From positions 43,834,001 to 43,898,000 of the forward strand of contig CM060733.1 of the NCBI GenBank assembly GCA_030704615.1: a stretch of 64,000 nt of DNA. The letters run 5' to 3'. The notes under the pieces are model-generated. The model saw only the letters and a list, made by a program, of their open reading frames with translations. It ran no database searches and was not told the DNA's origin. Source of the DNA: Takakia lepidozioides. Its lineage: Eukaryota; Plantae; Bryophyta. A program made the position numbers and the translations under genes. Shown in pieces: positions 49,584 through 61,917 of this stretch; the stretch's first letter is position 1, and every line of letters starts with the position of its first letter.

Positions 49584-52500
49584 GAGAAAATGCAAAGTGT
49601 GGCGGATGAGGTCCCTCAGGGTCAGGGTCAGGAGACCATAGTTGATGTTGACGATGAGTTTTATGAAAGCAAAGCCGCTGAGATGCTGGGGGGTCAAAAG
49701 GTGAACTTTCAGCTTGTGGTTCAAAGTATGCTTGCTCCTGGTGGGAGGTTGAAGATTCCCCTGTGTAGGTTGGTTTCCATGCCCGTCGTTCGTCCACCCC
49801 TTGTCAAAGACATTCTCAAGCTGGAGGCTGAGTTTGTTCATGGGTATTTGGATGGATCCGCAGTCTTTTACGTTTCTACTAGGGATTCTAGAGGTAACGA
49901 GCTCCTTGTGGATGAGTCAATCGTCGACTCCTGGGACCCCATTTGGAGACAGGTGAACGAATCCTTCGAACTTCTTCTCTCCAGGAAACCTTCCACCCAG
50001 GTATTCTCGGGGAAGATGTTTCACGTTTGGGATGGCAACCACCGGTTGCTTGCATGGATGGCTGTCATTGGGAGGCTGCACTCACAGGAGGAAGAGTGGC
50101 ATTACTCTGTTCGATCGATGGCGCTTGATTGTGACGACAACATGATGGGTCTTCTGACGGCAATGAATGATGTGAACAGGTTGGTTTCTCATTGTACATG
50201 TTGCACTTCTGGTTCCGTTCTTCCTTGATTCAAGTCCTTGAATTACATTCTGAAATTCAGATATCATTCTGCAGAGGGACGGAGACATCGCATGTCAAAA
50301 TGAGTCTGGTTCACACACTGTATAGGATACAAAGGATCGGGCAGATGCCCTTGACCAACTTCAAGACCATCTTTTCGGCAGAGATGTATAAGAAATGCGA
50401 AAGCTCCAAGACTTCGGAAACATGGTACTCGTTGACCCGTGAGGCTTTCATGGAGTACATGTACACGGTGAGATACATCTTCCTTCATCTGGCCTTTCCA
50501 TATTCCTGCTTCCACATGTTTGTTTCTGTCTGTCTCCCTTGACCTTGGATTGATGCAACTCTCTTGCATTCCCTTGTAGCAAGACATTGCAGATGCAGGG
50601 GAGCGTGGCAAACTGGAATACTACAACTCTACCCCTGAGGAGAGAAGGACAGCAAAGGGGGTTGAAAGTCACATCCAGAAGGAGATGAACGCTACAAGAA
50701 GGACAATAATGAGTGCTTTTGTGAAGCAGTTGAGAATGGCCGACCCATCATTCGGGCCGCAGTTTCTCCTGGAGATAAAAAACCATTATAACAAGCCAGG
50801 CAAGCCGGAGATGGCCCAGGAGAAGTTGCACAGGTTGTCTACCGCCGTCGTGTCTTCTGAACAGAAGGTGAAGTGGCTACAGATATGGAACTCCGATCCC
50901 ACAGTTAGGGATACCCACATGTTCCCAAGGCCAGAGAAAGAGAAGAAGACCCAGCGTGTCGTTCCTGTCAGTGACAATGTGCTGGACACCTGGCTTCACA
51001 AGGCCACTTACTGGAGCCAGGTGTGATGTCCTCTCGTATCTCACTTTCTTTTCTCTTTTCCTGTCCTTCTCTTCCCATTGCCTCTTACATTCGCTGTGAC
51101 TGTTTTTGGGTTCATTCTTCCATTTCAATTATTTTGCAGTTGGAAGAAAGGGCCCGATCGGTTCTGCATACTCAGCTGGCTGACTATGGCATCACTATGA
51201 CAGCTCCAAAGGTCTCCTTCGAAGCTTACATGAGGAAATGGAGAGCCACAGTGTGGCACTCTGGTTTCTTTAGAGAGTTCAGCAAGGAGGGTGGCATCAG
51301 TCGAACAAATGAGCTTGACCAGCAGGAAAAAGGAGAGGAAGCCTGGAAACGATGCCTTTACAGGTGCACACCCTTGCACTCTTTACTTGTGTTGTGGTTG
51401 CAATGTGTTGTGTGGCATACTGTTTAAGGGGGTCTTCCTGGTGTGTTGAAAAAGCTGGGACACAATATGTGCATTGGAAAATGAGGCTGTGTCTGTTCCT
51501 GCAGGTACATTAAGTTTGTTCTCTTGGAAGAGAATTGCTTGGACAAACATCCAGATTTCGTGGACCTTTGGCTTGTCCCTGCTGGCAACCAGACCATGTT
51601 CACTGCTGGGATCTTGCATGACTGGGGCCCAGACCATCTTTCTTCTTGTGGTTGGTATTTGGATTGCCCTCCTTCAGAGACCCCAGCTGTAGAGTTGTCT
51701 TTGAGGAGAGAGAATGACCGTATTGCAGCCACTGCCGCAGCAGCGGACCTCGACATTCATGAGCGTAATCTGAGGACTCTTGCAGAGAAGGAGCCTCCCG
51801 CTCAGGATACCCCGGGTAGAGGAAGAAAGGCAAAGGGAAAAGATGTTGCTGGTGTTGTGGGGAAGGGAAGGGGTAGAGGGAAGGTGGCACAAGGGCAGGG
51901 AAGTGTTGCAGCTATTGGCCCTGTGGAGCATGTCCAGCAGACTCCACCGCATGGTAGGGGATCCGGGAGAAAAAACAAGGGGGTGGTTGATCCCAAGGAC
52001 CCGTACCATGCAGTGGAACATCCCACGAGGGTCATTCGTCCAACCAGGTTGGAGATTGCCAACGTCGGGTTCCTTGCCATGATGGAGTCGAAGAAATCTG
52101 ATTACAAGGGCGAGCCATCACCAGTGTGGGAGAGGATTGTCGAGTTCCTCAGCACGGTGCGTGTTCTCTTTGGGTTTTGTGGCTTCTGCTCTCTTTGTCT
52201 GCTGTGGGCATGGATCGTTTATAAACTTGTCAGAATTCCATTGTATTTTTGTTTGCAGGCTAAAATGACCAAATCGTGGGTGAACGGGAAGGAGAAGCCA
52301 TATGCAGCGGAACTCATCATCTTGGACATCCCTGATGGGTTGGCAGTCCCGGATATCCCTCCATCGGGTGCTTGTCCGGGTTGGAATGCATTTGATGAGC
52401 GCTACTGGCGGTGGGTTTTTTCCTTTTGCAACTTCTTCCTTTCCGATGCAGGTGTTTTGGTTCTCATCCAGTCCATCGATGTTCGGTGTCGCCGTGCCCT

Positions 52501-53315
52501 TGCCAGCTATTTGAAAGCCTCGGGCATGAGAGTCGTGAAGACATGGAATTGTGTGAACAGCATGTACCTTACGAAGGGGGATCGTCCGGGAGAGACGGTG
52601 AGTTTCCCTTCTTCTTCCTCTTCTTTTTTGTTCTGGGATTGTGTTGTATAGGTCGCTCGAACTCATATGTAGGGGCCCGATTTTATTTTGGTTCTTAGTT
52701 CCTTGTGGATGTCATGTTCGCAGACTCGTCTGTTTGAAGCTGTTTGTCTCGTCCGGGTGCATCCACCAACGACTCCGGCCGGCATTACGGAGTTTGCCAT
52801 CACTCACGGGGGCAAGTTCATAGATGACAGGATAGATCCTCCCACGGATGACATGCATCACAACTACGTCGACAGCAACGTGTGCTTGCGAAGGGGGAAT
52901 GGGGTTCCTTGGAGGGGAGGGAGAGGAGCCCGGCTTTCATTCAAACGATTGTGGAGTGCTGCACCTACACAGACGCCAGAGTTCTGGATTTGTCGATGGG
53001 CACAGGTTCGTCTCTTCAACATTCACATTTCATGAGGTTTGATTGAGCTTGCACTTTCAGCACTTTCCACCGTTCCGAATGTGTCTTCAATTTCTGCTTA
53101 CTTCATTCTATTCCACTGCAGGTGCTTCGTACCACGCTTGCAAGGCCAGTGCACGACATGTCTTTGGGATTGAAGGGGATGCTGAGATTTACAAGAACCT
53201 CCTGATGGGTTTGGGTGGACACACTTCTCAGGTCCTTCCGAAGCCCCGACCCGCTGATACTGGTACAGAGGAGACTTCTGACAAGGAGCTGGACTCCGAC
53301 TTTGCCTGTGAGTAA
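49584..53315 (+). CDS. Multi-exon transposon cargo gene: ParB/Srx-like domain + beta-class N6A/N4C DNA methyltransferase-like domain
   Basis: FHVWDGNHRLLAW; ELIILDIPDG...FSFCNFFLSDAGVLV; RVLDLSMGTG^ASYHACKASARHVFGIEGDAEIY; approximate exons 49584-50179, 50275-50467, 50580-51020, 51139-51363, 51504-52156, 52259-52597, 52724-53005, 53121-53315; one frameshift ~52922. Confidence 0.7.
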
Positions 53316-54559
53316 GTTGAACCTGTGCATGCTTGCATTGTTGTTTCAATATCGAGAATCGCTGTTCTTGAGGCAAAGTGCACATGGGAGACATCCTCTT
53401 CGTTGGACTTGTGCATTGCATCATTGTGTTAAAAATGGGATTTTGTGGACATGTGTAGGAGTCCGCGTGCTTCCACTTGCCCTCCTGGGCTATCACACCT
53501 ATTTGGACTTGTTTTCAGTCCTCCTCGGTCTTGTGTGCTACCTGTCTATGCGGAGGCACTCGCAGCAAGCATGTCCGTTCATGGCACTCAGAGTCCACCT
53601 TGCGATGGCCTTCGTAGAACACGTGGTGTTGGGGCCAGAATCTTTGTAGATGACATAGCACAGGAGGTGGACACTGATTGTGATGACTGCGACACTTGAT
53701 ATGAAGTATTCTTTTGGTTTAATTCTGGGACAAATTTGAAATGGGATGGTTGTGTGTCCTTATTGTCCTCTTTGCAATGTGTGCGTGGAATTCACATTCA
53801 TGGTTCCAAACTATTGTTGGAGATGGGGGTTGCATGGACTGCCCGGATTGTTCCTTCAATATATTTGTTGTTTTGTGGACCTCACAGACTTGAGTACATT
53901 GCAAAAACAAACAAACCACTTTGTTCTCAATTCTCAATTCTCCCCACATCAACCCGCGGAAATAGGTGACACCACTCGGAAATAGGTGACAATAGGCACT
54001 GTTTGCATGCTGACGTGGCGTGAGCCTGTGCTGGGCTCACGCTTTCCTGGGCTCACAGGCTCACGCCTCCAGGCTCACGGAATAGCACCCGCCCCTGGAA
54101 ACTGAGTGCGTCACCGCACTCAGTTTCGAGGGGCCCTCTATTTGTTTTCTATTCCTCCCACCATCATCTCTTTACCTCAGCCCAGAAAGGGAGTGAGAGC
54201 TCCTCTGGAAACTGAGTGCAGCGACGCACTCACTTTCCAGGGGAGCTCTCACTTCCTGTCTGGTCTTTGGTCCTCATGGCCTACGCAAAAAATAGAGATG
54301 GAGAGGACGATTATCTTTGGTTTGTTCACACCACTCTCCGATGCCTCTTCTTCGGGCATCCTCACTGCCTCCTTTGGTGTCGCTTCCTTCTATGTGATGT
54401 GAGTGCGCCAGCGTACTCAATTTAGGGAGTGACTATGGAGCTCAAGAAAATGAACAACGGGAGTGAACTTAAGGACTCCGAAATCTAAAATTCCGGTGAG
54501 TGGAAAATCTTGTACATCAAGCTGTAGTGTGACAGAAAGGCTTGCATGGTCCGGAGCGC

Positions 54560-57500
54560 AGGTGAAGAAAAGGAAAGGGGTGCATCCGGAGCAGCAGCAT
54601 GAGGCAGAGAAAGAGATGCCTGTGGAAAACGCCGATGATCCATACTACGAAGAGCAGGCGACGAAGCTCCTGGTGTATCAAAAAGTCAATTCCGCGCAGG
54701 TGATCAAGTCCATGCAGGTACCTGGAGGAAAGATCATAATCCCCCTCTGCCGCCTCATGTCAATGTCTGTCGCTCATCCAGCCCTCACCAATGATATCTC
54801 AAAGTTGGAGCATGATTTCAGTCATGGATACATAGAGGGCTCTGGGGTGTTTTACGTCTCGTTGAGCGATGCCAGTGGAAAGGAGGTGTTGGTGGACGAG
54901 TCCATTGTCGAAAGCTGGGATCCAATCTGGCAGGAAGTAAACGATGAGTTCAATGCCCACATTTGCAAGAGGCTGTCGACACAGGCGTTCTCCGGGAAAA
55001 TGTTTCATGTCTGGGAAGGCAACCATCGGTTGCTAGCCTGGATGAACGTCATAAACAAATATCATAGCACAAAAGAGGAAATGTCACCGCACTTCTGACG
55101 GCAATGCATGACATCAACAAATAAGTGCAATCCTCAACCTCAATGCAATCATCAGCCATATTTTTTCACTCAGTTTCATCTTGGCTTATCAAGGAGGAAG
55201 TAATAGAGTTTGGGTTGTGACTACAGGGGAACCAAGAATGCACACGTGACCACAAATTTGGTCCATACTCTATTCAGGATACAGAAGATAGGCCAACTAC
55301 CCCTTGTCACTTTCAAAAACATTATCAGTGCTGAGGTTTACAAGAAGTGCGAGACCTCAAAATCCGTAGACACATGGTACAAGTTGATAAGGGAGGCTTT
55401 CTGTGACTACATGTACGGTGTAAGTATTCTTTCCCCAACTCTGTCTAATTATTCATTCCCCATGGGACATGTCTCTAATGTTATATTGCAATGTGCAGCA
55501 AGAGATTGCGGAAGCTGGAGAGAAAGGTAAATTGGAGTACTATGCCAAAAAGGACCCGTTGGAGCGAACCTCAAAGGGAGTAGAAACAACAATGAACGAG
55601 GAGATGGAGAACACGCAAAAGCACTACATGAGCGCATTCGTAAAACAACTTCAAATATCGGACCCCGCTTTTGGCACAGAGTTCTTGAAATAGGTGAGGA
55701 TCCACTAGAACCAGAATACCAATCCCAAACTGATGCAGGAGAAGCTACATCGCCTGTCGACTGCCGTTGTGGAGCCAGACGTGAAAGTTAAATGGCTGGA
55801 GGTTTGGAACTCCAATCCGACAGTGAAAGATAAAACTACTTCCCGAAGGCCCGAAGGGTGATAAGAACAAGGAAACATGAGTGACGAAGCCCTTCAGTGA
55901 CCATGTTTTCGATGTATGGCTGCACAAAGCCACATATTGGAGCCAGGTATAGTCCCCTCTTCCGTCCATTTCCTTGGTACAATTCCATCGCATAACTGAA
56001 AATGAAGAACATTAACGCACATTGTATGGCGCAGATAGAGGCTCGGTTACATCTGGTGCTGGAGAAGCAGCTGCACAATTACAAGATAACCATGACAAAA
56101 CCGACGGATCATAGTCTTGAAGATTATGTTCAGCAGTGGAAGGCAACTTGCTTCGGCACTTGCTTCTTCAAAGAGTTTGCCAAAGTGGGAGCCTTTCGTG
56201 CACAAATGAGTTCAAACAGCAGCATGGCTCAGAACAGGCCATGAAGAGGGTCTTGTATAGGTTTGTCATTTCACTCTTTATCCACCGCTCAGTTGCATTG
56301 TGCAAAACTTATGCTGTCTAAACTGCCCCTGCTATGAGGAATAAACAGCTCCTAAGACTGAGTGCGTTGGCGCACTCAGGGGTGGCAAAGGGTAGGTGCC
56401 TTCCCCATTCTAGATAGATAGCAACTTCTTCACTAAGCAAAGAGTCTTTCTTTTGCAGGCCACAATGGGTGGACATATCCAGAACTAAGTGCGTTGACGC
56501 ACATAGTTATGGAGGTCCGGAATCCATGTTCTGCAACTTTCGCCTTCATTAACGCTTGCTCTGTTTTGCCTGTCTAGGTATATCAAGAACGTTCTCATTC
56601 CAGGGAAGAACCTCAGTCAACACCCGCACTATATCGACCTTTGGTGTGACGTGTCCAACACCCAGACAATGTATACTACAGGTATTCTTAAAGATTATGG
56701 GCCGCGTTCTCACCTTCAAGAATGCTGCAAGTATCATCCCATGCTCGGGTTGCCCTTGGTATGAACTGGTAACCCGAAATCAAAACGACAATGCGGATGC
56801 CTTGGCCCCTCTAACGGACAAGGAGTTACATGAGAGAAACCTGAGGATATTGGCAGAGAAGGAGCCCCCGGCACAGAATACGCCACTGAAGCCAAGAAAA
56901 GAGAAGGGGAAGGGGAAGGCGCAGAAAGACAAACCAAAGGAGAAGGAGAAGGAGGTCATGGCTGTTTCTGGACAGGGTGGACGTGAGCAAGTGCAGACCC
57001 CACCCCCACCCCCAAAGCCGGATCGGAGGAAGAAGGGTCTGAAAGAGCCATACAACACATTGGAGCACCCATCAAGAATCATTTCCCCGGGCATGTCCGA
57101 ACTTGTCAACGATGGGTTCCTAGCCATGCTGGAGACCAGGAAATCTGATTACAGTGGGGATCCTTTGAAAATGTGGGACAAGCTATGTGCTTTTCTCCAA
57201 CCGGTTATAAGCAACTGTCTCCTACAATATAGGTTTCTGTTTTGATTTATCTTTTTGATTTATCCATTCTTACATGCTTCAGTACTTGCAGGCATCGCGG
57301 GGGGGGAGAGGAATCTTGGGTGAATGGTGCACAAAAACCGTTTGCTGCGGAGGTGGTGATCGTGGACATTCCGGATCACGGGCTGCCAATTCCGAACATT
57401 CTCCCCACTGACACCTGCCCAACTTGGAACAGATTCGACGAGAGGTATTGGAGTTGGGTGTTTTCATTTTGCAAATTCTTCCTTTCCGATGCAGGGGTTC

Positions 57501-58865
57501 TAGTTATCATTCAATCCATCACCTTGAGACGTCGTCGGGAGCTGGCAAGCTACTTGAAAGCGTCAGAGATGTGGATTATCAAGACCTGGAACGGTGTCAA
57601 CAGCTTGTATCTGACGAAGGGGGATTGTCCAGGGCAAAAGGTAAATTCAAGTCCATTTCCTGCTACTATGTTGAAGATGCACTGTACACCCTCTTATGCA
57701 GGCATAGTATTGTGCACCGCCAAAATTGAGTCGACCCACTCAGTTGTGGCGTTCGACATGTACAATGGCTCTGCATCCATTTTATCTAGAATGGGTCTGC
57801 AGTCTGCCCCAGATGTGCCATGAAACATTCATCACTCTCGCAGACTTGTTGTTGCGCACCTCACTTCGGTAAGCTCCCCTTCATGTCATAGTTACTCGCT
57901 TTGATGCGTGCGCCTAACTCCCAAATTGGCTGCCGGGCCAACTCGGAGCTTCGGCTGCTCACCGGGACATAACGGTCCCCCTTTGCTCCTCCACAAGACC
58001 CTCGCTCACTTTGGGCCTAGTGGAAATTCCCTTTGGTTGTTGGCAGTCCGGAACAACTCCCCACACCTTGGTCGCTTTCCGGCTCACATGCTTACTCACT
58101 AGTTTTTGGTCACCAACGGGCTTGCACCGTTCTTGGGGTTACTACTCCCTATATATTCTTCTGTGACTGTCCGCGGGGGTTTCACAAACAACACCGTCCT
58201 TTTATGACGAACCACCACAAAGACCCTTGACTCCCGGTGATGAGCTGTGGTGAGTCTTGGCCCACCCACCCACCCACGGCCCCAATGGACCGTGATGAGT
58301 CCCAAGATTCCCCACGATTCCCACCACAAGGTCTCCACCCCATGGTGAGTCCTATGCCACCCCCACTAAGACCCACTAAGCTACCACCACCCCTCGTGGA
58401 ACCACCCCCACCGCAACCCGGTGTGTGGGGCTCTACCTAGTGAGCACCTCCACCTCCCTGAGTGCCTTGGGCACTCATGGGTGCTTCAGCCCCTGTACCT
58501 ATTGTTGCCACTGCCCCCACCATAGGGCAGCCCCTCTTGTGTCCCGACCCCCCGCCCTCAAGGCAAAGGGCCGCGACACCCGTCTATTTGAGGCTGTCTG
58601 TCTCATGAGGGTACATCCTACTTCCACTCCTGCCACAGTGAAGGAGTTTGAGCTTCATGGGGGAGGAGGTTTCATAAACAAAAAGTTTGATCCTGTCATC
58701 GACGACATGCACTACAACTACGTCGACTCAAATGTATGTCTGTGAAAGCCAAATGGAACGCCATGGTGAGGGGCTCGTGAAAAAAGCCCAACTTTTATTC
58801 AAACGATCATTGAGACTTGTTCTCGGTATGGGGCTCGCATCATGGATTTGACTCTCGGCACATGT
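54560..58865 (+). pseudogene. Host element's paralogous ParB-MTase-like cargo gene, decayed
   Basis: FHVWEGNHRLLAW, EVVIVDIPDHG, REKSPTFIQTIIETC...IMDLTLGT; stops, frameshifts, unrelated sequence at ~57850-58575. Confidence 0.8.
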
Positions 58866-59978
58866 TTGTCTTCTTCCCTATATCATCAAATTTTTTTCAT
58901 GAGCACCTTCGTTGCTCAACTTTCGAATACTCACATGTAGTGTGAATATGTGGTTATTTTTATTTTTATTATAGCTGTTTGATGGGGCTAAGTACTTAAG
59001 ATTTTTACAACATTTAAGTAGTTGGATGAATGACCGTGATGGATGAATCATTGGATGAAGACATCCATCCGCCAAACATCCATGTGCCCTAGATCGACGG
59101 GATTTATGAGTGACGGCGTTCTTTATGCAAGCACACAAGCACGGGCGTGGCGAGCTGCTGACACTTTGTATTCTGGAGCAGACATCAGCCTACGTGCCTT
59201 AGTTTTTGGTTGCGATTTACTTTCTTGTTCCTTAGTCAGTATCTGCTATGGTGGCTGAGTTAGTTTTCCAGACAGAGCTAGTTGATGTGGTTGACTATAG
59301 GAGCTGCAGGTGTAGTAATTGCACAGGCAAGTGAGGCTTGGGTCTTAAGGCAGTTTTTGTGAGAAAATGGCTCTTCTTGCTTTTGGGGGGAGACGATAGT
59401 GAGGCAAAGAAGGAGAGGTGGTGATGGTGACGTGAACGAGAGACTTGGGCTTCAAGCTGGGACTCGGAATTTCGTGTGTGGAAGGATTATACTGATGAAG
59501 AAGTAAAAATCGACTGTTTGGGCCACTGTTTGTTTTCATGTCTGGAATCACATTTGCATGATGCATTAGTTCCTACGTTGTTGCCATTAGGGAAGTCTGA
59601 TTGCAGCTATGGACAGTTTGAGCATGTAACGGGTGTGGGTGCAATAGCTGGAAAATCAAGGCATGTATGTAGTGCATCACTCAAACCACCTACTGGGAAA
59701 ACTTCACATTACATAGCTGGAATATTAAGGTGCATCTGTAAAGTGGCAGCATTGTTGTTTGCTTCCAGAGATCAGTCGAACCCGCTGCTCGTGCGTAACG
59801 GAAGAGTGTATTTGGATCTGACCCTTGGACTTGAGAGGTAAAATATGAGAGAGAGTGAGAGAAAATGAGCTGATGCCGGGTAGGCTCGGGTAGTTCGATT
59901 AGGCTGTTTGAAGGGATGCCATGAATACGAGAGGGTGATGGCTCTTCACGGGCAAGGCCCACCTTTCAAGGGGGAATC

Positions 59979-60938
59979 TGTGAAGGCTATATTGGGTGTT
60001 TTGCAGCATATTGTTAGAGGGCTGTCTGGGACTTAGACAGTTTTACGGGTTCTGTGGGGTACCCTTAATTTTGCGCAGACCTACGGGTGGTAGACTCAGA
60101 CCAATAGAGCCCTTAGGGGTGACGGACACATACCTTAGGGGTGGCAGGCAGGCTCACACAGTCAGTCACAGGTTTACACAGCCTATTACAGTCAGACACA
60201 GCTTGACACAGCCTTACACAGTCTAACACAGCTTGACACAGTTTGTCACAACCTTACACAGCCTATCACAGCCTATCACAGTCAGTCACAGCCCGACACG
60301 GCCAATCATAGCTCGACACAGCTTGACACAGTGGAACGACTATAGGGGAACGACATCTGCAAAGGGAATGTGTGTTCTGTCTTGGATGACAGTTAGTTAG
60401 TTAGGCGTTTAGAACAGCTTGCAGGTAGAATAGGCAGAGTAGCGACATGGAGAGGGTCACTTCTTAGATCACTTCTTGGACATCACTTCGGGAGATCAGG
60501 GTGAGAGCACGATCATGGAGCACAGGGATGGAGATACGATGTGATGAAGCTTGATACATGCACCTGTAGAGATGTATTGTAGAGCAGATTAGAGACACCA
60601 TGGCATCGGCCTGATACTTGATAGATATTAATCTTATACATATTTCATACTTCATACTCACACTGTGTAGAGAGACCTGAGTGAAGCTGTGGAATGAATG
60701 CTTGGGTAGATGGAACATGGAAGATTGCAGAAGCAATCTGATACTTACTCATAGACAGTAAGGTAATCTAACATGAATGCAAGAAGGAATACAAATATGA
60801 AGCACCCCCATGATACACTAGCTATAGGTCATGACTGATTGTTCTGAGTGGGCTGAGTACTTAGAGATTTCCAATTCTTCTATCTTGGAGTTTCCACCTC
60901 GGATAGCCAAGGGATGGGTGAGTAAAAGCCGCTTGACA
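59979..60938 (+). mobile_element. LTR of a Ty3/gypsy element
   Basis: TGTGAAG...CTTGACA termini, purine tract just upstream, PBS-like TGGCGACCATACTGGGGA at 60941. Confidence 0.6.
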
Positions 60939-61917
60939 TTTGGCGACCATACTGGGGAACTGAGGCAAGAACAACTAGATGTGATAGGCATCTGGTGGGA
61001 TCATGGTGGATGGAGAATCAATGAATTTGATGTGAATCAAATTCCCTGTGAAACTAAGAAAGAAAGATTGTCCAAACAATTCTTTCAAAGATTCTTGGAA
61101 TTGCCAGACTGTTGCAAGAAAAACATTCTTAAGAGAGTGCATGATGCTGATCCAGAGTGGGGTCTAGAGAAAGGAGTGATAAAGATTTATCAAGTGGCCT
61201 GTAAAGGGAGAGCAAGTTGGTTACCAACACTGGTTTATGTGATAGTATTGCTATTAATTAAACGAGTGGAGTTTGAAAGTTGGGAAGAACAGAAGGTGAA
61301 TGTTTACACTCAAATGCATGAAGAACTTGTACTGGTAAAGAATTGGATTCCTAAGGATATCTTGTGGATCAAACTTACACCAAGAACAGCTTTTCAGACA
61401 TGCTTACCATATGGTTATATGGTAACGGAGCCTTCTAGTATAGCCAAGGGTGCATTAAAGCTTGAAAGAAATCCAGGCATATACGAGAGATACTATAGAA
61501 GAGAGATTTGGTTATTGCCTCATTAAAGATATGAAAGACATGGGACATGAGTGATGAAAGAGAAGCTAGACTCCACAGATATTCAGCAAAAAAAGAAAGT
61601 TATTTGAAAGCTAATTATCCATATCTCTGGGAGAAAGGAATAGACATAGGGGAATCATCTGGACCGAGCTCACACCATTAAGACCAGAGAGTACATCACC
61701 CATACCAGAAGAACCAGAGTTGGATGCCACTCCTTCTTATTCTTTACAAGAAAGATTAAGGGATTTGGTACAGGAAGAAGATCAGCCACGGGGGGAAAGA
61801 TCTGAGGTACTTCCCTGGGTTAAGGATTTGACAGAAATCTTTGATTAGAGTTGGCATGGAACACCAAGAGCAGGAACTCCAGTTTCTGAAACACGAGACA
61901 AAGAAGGAGAGGAAGAT

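Larger units (their letters stand above)
31230..54091. mobile_element. Giant (~22.9 kb incl. gap) Mutator-like DNA transposon
   Basis: Direct repeat cccctggaaac at 31219-31229 and 54092-54102 (TSD); degenerate TIRs with cgtgagc/gctcacg motifs; same left end recurs at 63393 with a different flank. Confidence 0.85.
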
